From: Acidobacteriota bacterium
Lineage (GTDB): Bacteria > Acidobacteriota > Aminicenantia > UBA2199
Assembly (NCBI GenBank): GCA_022711715.1
Contig: JAKLEC010000003.1
Span: 1,256-65,255 of the forward strand
Direction of reading: 5' to 3'
DNA: 64,000 nucleotides
Position numbers and translations under genes: made by a program. Shown in pieces: positions 54,172 through 63,810 of the stretch. Position 1 is the first letter of the stretch, and each line of letters begins with the position of its first letter. The notes beneath the pieces are model-generated. The model made no database searches and was not told where the DNA came from. It was given only the letters and a program-made list of their open reading frames with translations.

Positions 54172-54714
54172 ATGAGCCTAAAAGGATCGTTGAGTTCGAT
54201 CAACCTGGCGGACATCATCCAGCTGGTCTCCAACTCCAAGCAGACCGGCCGCTTCGTACTCTCGCGCAGCAGCGGCCAGAAGGGGGCGATCTACCTCAAG
54301 AACGGCGAGATCGTCCACGCCGAGGTCGATGAATACAAGGGCGAGGACGCCATCTTCACCGTCATCTCCTGGGACGACGGCGAGTTCGTCTTCGAGGAGG
54401 GGGCGTTCGACACGGCGGGCACCAGCGTCATCCGCCCCATCACCTCGCTGCTGATGGAGGCGGCGCGGCGCATCGACGAATGGAAGCTGCTGCGCAAGAA
54501 GATCGGCTCGATCAACGCCATCCCCGAGTTCAGCGACATCGACCGCCAGGAGCGGCGCAAGATCTCGCTGTCCACCATGGAATGGGTGATCATCGCCAAG
54601 ATCGACGGCAAGAAGAGCATCGACCAGATCTCGCGCGAGTGCGGCGTCAACATCTACGACACCTCGCGCATCATCTACGGGATGGTCACCTCCGATTTGA
54701 TCAAGCTGAAATAG
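54172..54714 (+). CDS. DUF4388 (PATAN-like) domain protein
   Basis: MSLKGSLSSINLADIIQLVSNSKQTGRFVL...GAIYLKNGEIVHA... is typical of DUF4388. Confidence 0.65.
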   Translation: MSLKGSLSSINLADIIQLVSNSKQTGRFVLSRSSGQKGAIYLKNGEIVHAEVDEYKGEDAIFTVISWDDGEFVFEEGAFDTAGTSVIRPITSLLMEAARRIDEWKLLRKKIGSINAIPEFSDIDRQERRKISLSTMEWVIIAKIDGKKSIDQISRECGVNIYDTSRIIYGMVTSDLIKLK

Positions 54715-54895
54715 CCAAGAAATTTTTGTGATAGTGGTAGTGATAGTGGTAGTAACAGCAATAAAAAGCTTTAATTAGAATCTGGCGAAAGTATCTTCAC
54801 TTTTACCTTTTTACTTTTACCTTTTACCTTTGGCTTCAGTTGTCATTACAGGGCTTGCCACTACCACTACCACTATCACTACCACTTAGAATTCA
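54715..54895. repeat. Inverted hexamer-array hairpin element, copy 1 (GTGRTA class)
   Basis: Left arm 54728-54757 is GTGATA GTGGTA GTGATA GTGGTA GTAACA. Right arm 54858-54887 is CCACTA CCACTA CCACTA TCACTA CCACTT. 54734-54753 is the exact reverse complement of 54866-54885 (20 bp). The interior holds a (C)TTTTAC(C) tandem tract at 54795-54833. Confidence 0.85.
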
Positions 54896-54908
54896 CTGCG
54901 ATCCCTAG

Positions 54909-55280
54909 CTACTCGATGACCACCAGGGCGACGGCCATGCCGCGCGTGTGCGACAGCGAGAGCAGGGCGCGCTTGAGGCGGCGGCGGCGGAACCGGCGCA
55001 GGGCGGCGGCGGCCAGGCGCAGCTGCGGCTTGCCTAGCTTGTCGTTCTCCACCTCCACGTCCTGCCAGCTCATGCCACCGCGGAAGCCCGTCCCCAGGGC
55101 CTTGAAGAATGCCTCCTTGGCGGTGAAGCGGGCGGCGTAGTGCTGGGCGCGGGAAAACTTGCCCTCGCAGTAGGCGATCTCGCGCGGGGTGAAGACGCGC
55201 GCGGCGAAGCCGCTGTCGCTCTCGATCAGCCGCCGCACGCGCTCGATCTCCACCATGTCCACGCCGACTCCCTTGATCAT
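54909..55280 (-). CDS. acpS: Holo-[acyl-carrier-protein] synthase
   Basis: MIKGVGVDMVEIERV...FTAKEAFFKALGTG... Confidence 0.92.
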   Translation of the reverse strand: MIKGVGVDMVEIERVRRLIESDSGFAARVFTPREIAYCEGKFSRAQHYAARFTAKEAFFKALGTGFRGGMSWQDVEVENDKLGKPQLRLAAAALRRFRRRRLKRALLSLSHTRGMAVALVVIE

Positions 55281-55369
55281 GCCGTCTCCCGGCGTGCACT
55301 ATAGCGGAAGCGGCGCGAAATTTCAACCCGCCCCTGTGGCCGGAAAATGTGATATACTGGAGCGCAGTC

Positions 55370-57709
55370 ATGAAGACCTTCCTGAAGAAACACCGCAGAA
55401 AGCTGCTGTTCGCGTTCAGCCTCGTCCTGGTGGTCCTGCTGGGCATCGTGATCGGCGTGGTCCTCGTCTACCAGAAGGGGTTCCCGCAGATCCGCAACCT
55501 GGAGGACATCAAGCCGGTGGTGATGACCACCGTCTACGACGACCAGAACGTCGCCATCAAGGACTTCGCCATCGAGAAGCGCATCATCGTGCGCAGCGCC
55601 GACATCCCCCAGCGCCTCAAGCAGGCGATCGTCGCCGCCGAGGACAACCAGTTCTACTCCCACTGGGGCATCAACATCCGTGGCGCCTTCCGCGCCGCCG
55701 TCGGCGTGGCGCTGGGCAAGAAGGGCATCCGCTGGGGCGGCGGCAGCTCGATCACCCAGCAGCTGGCCCGCGGCCTCTTCCTCACCCCCGAGTTCACCGT
55801 CTCGCGCAAGCTGCAGGAGATGCTGCTGGCCATCCAGATCGAGAAGAAGTACACCAAGGACCAGATCATGACCTTCTATCTCAACAAGATCTTCCTTGGC
55901 GGCTCGGTGTACGGCGTAGGGGCGGCGGCGCGTTATTACTTCGGCAAGCCCATCCGGGAGGTCAGCCTGGCCGAGGCGGCGCTGATCGCCGGCATCATCC
56001 CCAACCCCAACGGCCTGTACGCGGTCTTCAAGCGGCCGGAGGGCGCGCGCCGGCGGCGCAACTACGTGCTGCTGAAGATGATGCTGCTGAAAATGATCAG
56101 TGTCGCCGAGTACCAGGCGGCGGAGAAGGAGCCTCTCCCCGCGCGCCCGGCCGACGCCGGCGCCGAGACGCTGGCCGACTACTTCACCGAGGACACGCGC
56201 AAGTACCTGGAAACCAAGTACGGCGACAACCTGCTCTACAAGGGCGGTCTGAAGGTCTACACCACCCTCAACGGCGAGATGCAGAAATGGGCCGAGGACG
56301 CCCTGCGCGAGGGGCTGCGGGCGCTGGACAAGCGCCGCGGCTGGCGCAGCCGCGAGAAGCTGTTCAACCTGGCGGAGAACAAGCTGGACGTCCGCTCCTA
56401 CCCGCTCCCTTCCTGGGAAAACGCCCGCGTGGAGGCCGGCCAGATCCTCGAGGGCGTGGTGCTGGAGGTGGGCAAGAACGCGGCCGAGGTGCGCATCGCC
56501 GGCTATTCCGGGGTGCTGCCGGCCGCCGGCGCCCGCTGGACCAACCGGCCGCTGGCACGCCTGTTCAAGGCCGGCGACGTGGCCCTGTTCCGCGTCGTGA
56601 CGGCGGACGCCAAGGCGCGCCGGCTGGAGCTTTCCCTGGAGCAGGAGCCGCAGGTCGAGGGCGCGCTGCTGGCGGTGGACAACCGCAGCGGCGAGATCAA
56701 GGTCATGGTCGGCGGCTACGAGTTCCAGAAGAGCAAGTTCAACCGCGCCACCCAGGCCCTGCGCCAGACCGGCTCCACCTTCAAGCCCATCATCTACACG
56801 GCGGCGCTGGAGAACGGTTTCTCGGCGGCGACCATCATCCAGGACGAGCCCTTCTCCTACGTCGACGAATGGACCGGCGAGCTCTGGGAGCCGCGCAACC
56901 ACAAGGGCGACTACCTGGGGCCGCTGACCCTGCGCCGCGGGCTGGAGCTCTCGCGCAACGTGGTCACGGCCCGCATCCTGCAGGCCATCACCCCCGAGGT
57001 GGGCGTGCGCTACGCCAAGAAATTCGGCATCACCTCCGACCTCAAGCCCTACATGTCACTGGGGCTGGGCGCCTTCGAGGTCACGCTCAAGGAGATGGTC
57101 GAGGCCTTCACCGTCTTCGCCAACCTGGGCACGCGGGTGAGCGCCTACTTCATCCGCGGCATCCGCGACCTGGACAACAACCTCATCGAGGAGAACGGCC
57201 CCGAGCGGCGGCAGGTCATCGAGAAGGAGACCGCCTTCATCATGAACTACCTGCTGCAGGGCGTGGTGCGCTCCGGCACCGGCTGGCGGGCGCGGGCCCT
57301 GCCGGCCCCCATCGGCGGCAAGACCGGCACGACCAACGATTTCACCGACGCCTGGTTCATCGGCTTCACTCCCACCCTGACCGTCGGCGTCTGGGTGGGC
57401 TTCGACCAGAAGAAGAGCCTCGGCGTCGAGATGACCGGCAGCGAGGCGGCGTCGCCGATCTTCGTCTCCTTCATGGAGAAGTACCTGGCCAAGTTCCCGG
57501 AGACGGGAAAGTTCACCCCGCCGTCGGGCGTCTACATGATCGACATCGACAAGTATACGGGGAAGCTCCTGACCCCGGACTGTCTGTATGCCCTGCACGA
57601 GGCCTTCCTGCCGGGCACCGAGCCCCTCGAGTTCTGCAACGAAGAGGAGCACGCCAAGATCACCAATTATTACAAGACCGAAGAGGGCGAGGACAGCACG
57701 GACGACTGA
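55370..57709 (+). CDS. Class A penicillin-binding protein (PBP1A-type transglycosylase/transpeptidase)
   Basis: GT51 motifs (AIVAAEDNQFYSHWGI, GGSSITQQLAR) and transpeptidase motifs STFKP, SRN and KTGTT. Confidence 0.93.
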   Translation: MKTFLKKHRRKLLFAFSLVLVVLLGIVIGVVLVYQKGFPQIRNLEDIKPVVMTTVYDDQNVAIKDFAIEKRIIVRSADIPQRLKQAIVAAEDNQFYSHWGINIRGAFRAAVGVALGKKGIRWGGGSSITQQLARGLFLTPEFTVSRKLQEMLLAIQIEKKYTKDQIMTFYLNKIFLGGSVYGVGAAARYYFGKPIREVSLAEAALIAGIIPNPNGLYAVFKRPEGARRRRNYVLLKMMLLKMISVAEYQAAEKEPLPARPADAGAETLADYFTEDTRKYLETKYGDNLLYKGGLKVYTTLNGEMQKWAEDALREGLRALDKRRGWRSREKLFNLAENKLDVRSYPLPSWENARVEAGQILEGVVLEVGKNAAEVRIAGYSGVLPAAGARWTNRPLARLFKAGDVALFRVVTADAKARRLELSLEQEPQVEGALLAVDNRSGEIKVMVGGYEFQKSKFNRATQALRQTGSTFKPIIYTAALENGFSAATIIQDEPFSYVDEWTGELWEPRNHKGDYLGPLTLRRGLELSRNVVTARILQAITPEVGVRYAKKFGITSDLKPYMSLGLGAFEVTLKEMVEAFTVFANLGTRVSAYFIRGIRDLDNNLIEENGPERRQVIEKETAFIMNYLLQGVVRSGTGWRARALPAPIGGKTGTTNDFTDAWFIGFTPTLTVGVWVGFDQKKSLGVEMTGSEAASPIFVSFMEKYLAKFPETGKFTPPSGVYMIDIDKYTGKLLTPDCLYALHEAFLPGTEPLEFCNEEEHAKITNYYKTEEGEDSTDD

Positions 57710-57802
57710 TCCCCGCCCCGGGGGCTCCGCGTCAGGAAAGCCGCTATGGCGCGGAAACGGAGGCCGCAGGCCCCTTTCCCGGCGGGCGCGGAACGGCGGA
57801 CC

Positions 57803-58246
57803 TTATTTCTTGATCAGGAAAAAGCCCAGCAGCCATTCTCCAGGGGCATTGACGCGCACGCGGAAGAATTCATCCCCGGAGGTCAGCTTCCGGCTCACCT
57901 GGAAGCCGCCGCCGCCGCGATGGGGCATGGCGATGGCCAGTTCCTCGAACAGCGGCTCGCGGCGCTCGTCCTGCACCACAAAGGAGCGCTGCCCGTCCTT
58001 CTCGGTCAGCACCAGCCAGTAGTTCCCCGCCGGGAACTCCTTTCCGGCGTGGACGAAGGCCATGGGGATGCGCACGCGCTGGAGGTCGCGGCCCGGGGCC
58101 GGCGGCGGCTCCACGGCCTGCTGCGGCGCCGGCTGCGCCTGCTCGTCGGGCAGGACCGGGACCTGCTCCGGCTCCTGTTCCTGGGCCGCAAGCAGCAGGG
58201 AGAACAGGATCAGAACGGCGAAAACGATCGATCTCTTCATGGGCAT
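57803..58246 (-). CDS. Secreted hypothetical protein
   Basis: Signal peptide (MKRSIVFAVLILFSLLLAAQ) and a Pro/Gln-rich linker. No domain recognised. Confidence 0.45.
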   Translation of the reverse strand: MPMKRSIVFAVLILFSLLLAAQEQEPEQVPVLPDEQAQPAPQQAVEPPPAPGRDLQRVRIPMAFVHAGKEFPAGNYWLVLTEKDGQRSFVVQDERREPLFEELAIAMPHRGGGGFQVSRKLTSGDEFFRVRVNAPGEWLLGFFLIKK

Positions 58247-58440
58247 CTCTCCTCGCGAATATTATAGGAAAGCGGGGAATTCCCTGTCAAGTCGCGGCTG
58301 GGCAATAAAAAAGAAACTCGCACCCGGTGTCAGCATCGGTGTTGGTGACAGCAACAGCGATCAGCAAGCACTTATTGGAATCCTGGCAGATAGCCCTTCA
58401 CTTTTTCCTTTTACCTTGTTAGCGCCTTTGTGAGGAGAGC

Positions 58441-58472
58441 AAAAAAAAGGGCCAGGTCGCGGGACCTGGCCC
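58441..58472 (-). terminator. Rho-independent terminator
   Basis: The minus strand reads GGGCCAGGTC-CCGC-GACCTGGCCC, a 10-bp perfect stem, followed by T8. It lies 26 nt downstream of the stop at 58499. Confidence 0.8.
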
Positions 58473-58498
58473 TCGTGTCTCTCGGTCTTGGCTTCGCC

Positions 58499-59689
58499 CT
58501 AGAAGATGTAGCGGAAGCCCAGCAGCAGCTTGTGGTTGTGCTCCCAGTCGCGGCCCTCGGTGAAGACCGGGGCGCGCAGCTCGCCGAACAGCGAGCCGGT
58601 CGAATCGTTGTGCTTGAACAGGTTGATCCCCAGCTGGCCGACCAGGTCGATGCCGCCCTTCTTGACTGCCTGATCGCGGTCCTTGGTGCTGAAGCCGAGG
58701 CCGCCGCCCAGGTAGGCCTGGCCGGCATGCAGGTTCAGCACGGCATTGCCCATGAAGAAGGACTTCCAGGGGTCGCCCTGCAGCGGCACGCCGCCGCCGA
58801 GGGTGAAGATGGCATCCAGCTTGTCCTCGACCAGTCCGAACAGGACGCCGGCGCGGGCCCAGAGCATGGAGGTGTAGGTGCCCTTCAGCAGGCCGGGGCC
58901 GCCTTCCAGCAGGAACGCCAGCGGCAGGGCCGCCTTGGCGGGCGGCGGGGGCGGCGGAGGCGGCGGGGGCGCCAGCACCTTGATGGTGGCCTCGCAGGGG
59001 TTGGCGGCCTTCATGGCGTACTGGCCCTCGACAACGGCCGTTACCGAGTACTCGCCCACCTTGTCCAGGTTGAGCTCGGCGGCGCAGTTTTCCGGCGTCA
59101 GGTCGAAGGTCTTGACGACCGCGCCGGCGGCGTCGCTGACCGTCACCGTGGTTTTCAGGGCGTTCTGCGAGCCGCACATCTCGATCTTGACCGGCGTGCC
59201 CAGCTCGGCCTCGGCCGGGGAGACCTTCAGGTCGCAGACCGGCGCCGGAACTTCGCTGACGTTCTTCAGCGAGATGTTGCCGCAGATCTTGGGGACGATG
59301 AAGGTGTAGAGCTTGCCGTCGCGGAATATGGTGAAGGTGTAGGCCGTGAGGGGCTTCTTGCCGGCCCAGACCACGTCGTTCATGACCGTGACCTTGCGGT
59401 TTTTCTTGAACAGCATCCACTTGACCGTGTCGCCCGGCTGCATGTCCACGGTCTGGACGTCGGCCTTCTGGATCTGCTCGAGGAAAGCGAAGACCAGCTC
59501 GCCGTTGCCGGCCATCTCGAAGCCCTGCTTGACCTCGCCGGCCTTGTCCAGGGCGATGACCTTCAGGTCCTCGGGCTTCAGGTCCCTGCTTTTATAAAAG
59601 GGATGCTGCCCGAGCCGGACGACCCGCTCTTCGGCGCTGATGGTAAAAACGAAGCAGAAAATCAGCACAAGGAAAATGACTTTTTTCAT
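58499..59689 (-). CDS. Putative outer-membrane protein: signal peptide, Ig-like region, poly-Pro linker, C-terminal beta-barrel-like domain
   Basis: MKKVIFLVLIFCFVFTISA. A run of about 10 Pro. The C-terminus ...LLLGFRYIF ends in an aromatic residue, as in OMP signatures. RBS GGAGG. Confidence 0.5.
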   Translation of the reverse strand: MKKVIFLVLIFCFVFTISAEERVVRLGQHPFYKSRDLKPEDLKVIALDKAGEVKQGFEMAGNGELVFAFLEQIQKADVQTVDMQPGDTVKWMLFKKNRKVTVMNDVVWAGKKPLTAYTFTIFRDGKLYTFIVPKICGNISLKNVSEVPAPVCDLKVSPAEAELGTPVKIEMCGSQNALKTTVTVSDAAGAVVKTFDLTPENCAAELNLDKVGEYSVTAVVEGQYAMKAANPCEATIKVLAPPPPPPPPPPAKAALPLAFLLEGGPGLLKGTYTSMLWARAGVLFGLVEDKLDAIFTLGGGVPLQGDPWKSFFMGNAVLNLHAGQAYLGGGLGFSTKDRDQAVKKGGIDLVGQLGINLFKHNDSTGSLFGELRAPVFTEGRDWEHNHKLLLGFRYIF

Positions 59690-59732
59690 GCGAAAACCTC
59701 CTGAATCTCCTGAGTTTCCCGTGTCTTCAGGA

Positions 59733-59761
59733 TTCATATACCTTTGATATGCAAAAGTCAA
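59733..59761 (-). promoter_or_regulatory. Sigma70-like promoter candidate (TTGACT-17-TATGAA)
   Basis: On the minus strand, TTGACT is at 59761-59756 and TATGAA at 59738-59733, upstream of the OMP-like gene. Confidence 0.4.
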
Positions 59762-59825
59762 GGGGATCGTCACGATTCCGCAGCAGCATGGCCATTCAGG
59801 AAGGGGCGCGGCTCGGATCGCGGGA

Positions 59826-60356
59826 TCAGCGCTCGATGCCGTCACGGGCCATGACGCCGCGCTGATAGTAGTGGCGCTCCTCGCGCATTTCGGTCACCAG
59901 GTCGGCGCGGTCCAGGACGGCCTGGGGGGAGTAGCGCCCGGTCAGCACCAGCTCCACCTGGGGAGGGCGGATGTCCAGCAGCGCCAGGACGCGCGCGACG
60001 GGCACGATGCCGAAGTGCAGCAGGGTATTGACCTCGTCGAGGACGACGATGCGGTAGGCGCCGCCGCGCAGGGCAGCCTCGGCCGCCGCCAATCCGGCCT
60101 CGGCGGCGCGCGTTTCCGCCTCCGTAACCCCCTGCTCGCGGTGGTGGAACTCGGGGAGGCCGAACTGCTCGATGGTGATCATGTCGGCGAGGCGCTCGCG
60201 CACTGCCAGCAGCTCGCCGTAGTCGCCCTTCTTCATGAACTGCGCCACGTAGGTGCGCAGGCCGCGTCCCGCCGCCCGCAGGGCCAGCCCCAGGGCGGCC
60301 GTAGTCTTGCCCTTGCCGTTGCCGGTGTAGACCTGGACGAAGCCGGGGGCCGCCAT
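59826..60356 (-). CDS. cobO: Cob(I)yrinic acid a,c-diamide adenosyltransferase
   Basis: VQVYTGNGKGKTTAALGLALRAAG...DEVN... CobA/CobO/BtuR pattern. Confidence 0.88.
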   Translation of the reverse strand: MAAPGFVQVYTGNGKGKTTAALGLALRAAGRGLRTYVAQFMKKGDYGELLAVRERLADMITIEQFGLPEFHHREQGVTEAETRAAEAGLAAAEAALRGGAYRIVVLDEVNTLLHFGIVPVARVLALLDIRPPQVELVLTGRYSPQAVLDRADLVTEMREERHYYQRGVMARDGIER

Positions 60357-60363
60357 GTCCGCC

Positions 60364-63300
60364 TCAGGTCATCTTCATGGAGTAGAGCTTGGACACGCCG
60401 GGCTCGTCCATGCTGACGCCGTAGATGAAGTCGGCCTCCTCCATGGTCTTGAAGTTGTGGGTGATGATGACGAACTGCGTCTGGCTCTTCAGCTGGTGCA
60501 GGAACTTGAGGAAGCGCTGGATGTTGGCCTCGTCGAGCGAGGCGTCGACCTCGTCGAAGACGCAGAAGGGCGAGGGCTTGTATTCGAACAGCGAGAAGAG
60601 GAAGGCCAGGGAGGTGAGGGTCTTCTCGCCCCCCGACAGCAGGCGCATGCTCTGCAGCTTCTTGCCCGGCGGCTGCACCTGGATCTCCAGGCCGGCCTCG
60701 AGCACGTTCTCGTTGTCGGTCAGGGCCAGCTCGGCCTCGCCGCCCTCGAAGAGGATCTTGAAGTTCTTGACGAAGTTTTCCTTGATGGCGTTGAAGGCGG
60801 CCAGGAAGCTCGACTGGGAGTCGCTGTCGATGCGGGCGATGGCGGCGTTCATGTCGGCGATGGACTTGACGATGTCCTCCTTCTGCCCGCCCAGGAAGTT
60901 GTAGTCCTTCTCCAGGATCTCGTACTCGGCCTCGGCGGAAAAGTTCAGGCGGTCGCTGTCGCGCATGCGGTTGAGCTTGGCTACCAGCTCGTTGTATTGC
61001 CCCTCCAGCTCGGCGGCGTCGCGCTGCAGCGCCTCGGGGTCGGCCTCAAGGTCCTTGAGCTCCATGCCCAGCTCCTGGCCGGAGACTTCCTCCAGCTGGA
61101 ACAGGTCCTTCTTGACGGCGGCGATGCGGATCTCGCTCTCCTTCTTGTTCTCGCGCCACTCCTCGAGGACCTGGCGCTTGGAAGCCAGGTCGGCGGCGGC
61201 CTTCTTGGCCTGGGCGCTCACTTCGTCCAGCGCCAGCTCGTCCTTCTTCATGAGCTTCTCCAGGTCGGCCTTTTCCAGCCCCAGGACCTTGCCGCGCGCC
61301 TGGATCTCCTGGATCTTGCCGGCGCTGTCGGCGATCTCCTGCTCCAGCCGCTTCCTTTCGCCGGCGGCGGCCTGGACCTGCTGGCGGCGCTTCTCCGCCC
61401 GCGCCTGGCTCTCGCGCAGCAGGCTGCGCCGCGAGCTCATCTTCTCGCGGATCAGGCTCAGGGCATGGTCGCGCTGGATCTTTTCCTTCTCCTTTCCGTT
61501 CAGCTGCTGCTGCAGCGCCTCGGCGGCGGCGGCGGCTTCCTCCTTCTCGCGCTCCAGGGCCTGGCTGCGCCGGTCGAGTTCGGCCTTCTCCTTCTCCAGC
61601 TCGGCCAGGCGCTGCCTGAGCTTCTCCGTCTCGGCGGCGAAGCCCTCGATCTCGGCATGGGCGATCTGGATGCGCTTCTGGCCCATTTCGCGGTTCTGGC
61701 GCAGCGCCTCCAGCCGCGAGCGCAGGGCGATCCCCTCCTCCTTCTGCAGGTTCAGCGCCCCCTCGGCCTCCTGCAGGCGCAGGGCCTTCTCCTGGCGGCC
61801 GCGGCCGGCGGACTCCAGCCCGGAGCGGATGCCGGCCAGGCCGGAGCCCAGGGAATCGACGCGCCGCTCGATGGCCTTGATCTCGTCGAGCACCTCGAGG
61901 ATGCCGCGGTCGCGGTTCTTGATCAAGACGCCGCCGGCGCCGATCACCTCGGCGTTCTCGGTGACGACGTCGACGCCGTACTTGGCGAAGATGGCCAGGC
62001 CGTTCTTCAGCGAGTCGACCAGCACGCCGTCGCGGAATCCCGTCTTCAGCTCCCGGTCCTCGAGCTCGAAGAGCTCCTTGACGAAGCGGCGGAAACCCGG
62101 CTCGCGGCGGATGGCGTCGGGCAGGGCCGGCGCCGCCGGCCGCACCAGGAAGGCCTTGCGCAGCTCGGGGCGCAGGGCGGCGTCGGCGTCGGCCAGGATC
62201 GGCGCGTCCAGCTCGTCGAAGTAGAAGCTCTCCAGCACGGCATGCAGGTTCTTGGGCGCCTGCAGCTGCTCCTGCAGGAATCCGCGGTGCCCGGCCGGGG
62301 CGGAGCGGGCGTCGGTGCCGGTGATCTTGGCCTTGATCTCCAGGTATTTTTCCTTCTGCCGCTCCAGGTTGGCGATCTCGGCCTGGGCGTCGCGCAGCTG
62401 CTTCTCCAGCGCCTCGCCCGCCGCGCGCGCGGCGGCGAACTCGGCCGCGGCGCGCGCATGCCCGGCCTCGCGTCCGGCCAGAGCCTCGGCCAGGCCGGCC
62501 ACCGCCTGCTCCACCTGGGCGGTCTCCGGGTCGCTGCCCTGCTTCTCCAGGTCCTCGATGGTGTGGCGGCGCGAGGCGACGTCGCCCTCCAGCCGCGACA
62601 GGTTCTTTTCCAGGTGGGCCGCCTCGTTGCGATTGCGCGAGACCTCCACCTGCAGGTTAAACATGGACTTCTTGAGGTGGCCGTCGTTGATGTTGCGCTC
62701 GGCGATGGCCTGGCGCGCCGCCTGCAGGGCGCGCTCGAGCTCCTGGTCGCCGCCGGCGCGGCCGGCCAGCTCCTTCTCGAACTCCGCCAGCTCCGCCGCC
62801 AGCGCCCGGTCCTGGCGCTCGCTCTCGCCCGTCTCGGCCTCGCTCTCGGAGGCGAAGCGCTCCAGCTCGGCGATCTTTTGGCGCAGGAACTCCTGGCGCT
62901 GCTGCGTCTTCTCGATCTCCTTGCTGCCCTCCAGGAGCTTGTTGTTGTGGTCGAAGATGAACTGCTGGTTGCTCTTGATCCCCTGCTCCAGGGCCCAGCG
63001 CTTGTTCTCCAGCTCGAGCAGCTGCCGGTCGTACTCGGCGATTTCCTTGACCATGGCCGTCTCGCCGTTGATGAACTCCATGATCTTGGCGCCCTGGCGG
63101 TCGAACTCCTCCTTGAACACGACGTACTTCTTCTTCAGCAGGGTCTTCAGCAGCTCGTTGCGCGAATTCTTGACGTCGCGGTAGCGGCGGGCGAAGTGGA
63201 CCTGGTTCTTCAGGTCGCGCAGGCGGTTGCCCTTCTCCTGCAACACCAGCTCCAGGCTGTCGAGGTTCTGCTGGGCGATGATCAGCTTTCCGGCCGTCTC

Positions 63301-63810
63301 CTTCTTGCGCTCCAGGTACTGGGCGATGCCCGCCGCCTCCTCGATGAGGATGCGGCGCTCGCTGGGCTTGAGGTTCACCATCTTTTCGACGCTGCCCTGC
63401 TCGAAGATGAAGTAGTTGCGTTCGCCGATGCCCAGGTCGAACAGAGTGTCCTGGATGTCCTTGTTGCGGCAGAACTTCTCGTTGAGGATGTACTTGCCCT
63501 CGCCGCTGCGGAAGAAGCGGCGGGCGATGTAGGTCTCGCTGTCGTTGTTCTGGAAGAAGGCGCCGACCTCGGTCATGCCCAGGGGTTTCTTGGAGACGCT
63601 GCCGGTGAAGATCAGGTCCTCGTTGTTCTCGCCGCGCAGGTTCTTGATGCGCTGCTCGCCGAGCACCCACAGCAGGGCGTCGACGAGGTTGCTCTTGCCA
63701 CAGCCGTTCGGGCCGATGACGGCGGTGATCCCCTGGTGGAACTGGACGACGGTCTTTTCCGGAAACGACTTGAATCCGTGCAATTCGAGTTTTTTCAGGT
63801 AGATATGCAT
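60364..63810 (-). CDS. smc: Chromosome segregation protein SMC
   Basis: 1148 aa. N-terminal GPNGCGKSN Walker A, long coiled coils, a hinge, and C-terminal LSGGEKTLTSLAFLFS...DEVDASLD. Confidence 0.95.
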   Translation of the reverse strand: MHIYLKKLELHGFKSFPEKTVVQFHQGITAVIGPNGCGKSNLVDALLWVLGEQRIKNLRGENNEDLIFTGSVSKKPLGMTEVGAFFQNNDSETYIARRFFRSGEGKYILNEKFCRNKDIQDTLFDLGIGERNYFIFEQGSVEKMVNLKPSERRILIEEAAGIAQYLERKKETAGKLIIAQQNLDSLELVLQEKGNRLRDLKNQVHFARRYRDVKNSRNELLKTLLKKKYVVFKEEFDRQGAKIMEFINGETAMVKEIAEYDRQLLELENKRWALEQGIKSNQQFIFDHNNKLLEGSKEIEKTQQRQEFLRQKIAELERFASESEAETGESERQDRALAAELAEFEKELAGRAGGDQELERALQAARQAIAERNINDGHLKKSMFNLQVEVSRNRNEAAHLEKNLSRLEGDVASRRHTIEDLEKQGSDPETAQVEQAVAGLAEALAGREAGHARAAAEFAAARAAGEALEKQLRDAQAEIANLERQKEKYLEIKAKITGTDARSAPAGHRGFLQEQLQAPKNLHAVLESFYFDELDAPILADADAALRPELRKAFLVRPAAPALPDAIRREPGFRRFVKELFELEDRELKTGFRDGVLVDSLKNGLAIFAKYGVDVVTENAEVIGAGGVLIKNRDRGILEVLDEIKAIERRVDSLGSGLAGIRSGLESAGRGRQEKALRLQEAEGALNLQKEEGIALRSRLEALRQNREMGQKRIQIAHAEIEGFAAETEKLRQRLAELEKEKAELDRRSQALEREKEEAAAAAEALQQQLNGKEKEKIQRDHALSLIREKMSSRRSLLRESQARAEKRRQQVQAAAGERKRLEQEIADSAGKIQEIQARGKVLGLEKADLEKLMKKDELALDEVSAQAKKAAADLASKRQVLEEWRENKKESEIRIAAVKKDLFQLEEVSGQELGMELKDLEADPEALQRDAAELEGQYNELVAKLNRMRDSDRLNFSAEAEYEILEKDYNFLGGQKEDIVKSIADMNAAIARIDSDSQSSFLAAFNAIKENFVKNFKILFEGGEAELALTDNENVLEAGLEIQVQPPGKKLQSMRLLSGGEKTLTSLAFLFSLFEYKPSPFCVFDEVDASLDEANIQRFLKFLHQLKSQTQFVIITHNFKTMEEADFIYGVSMDEPGVSKLYSMKMT

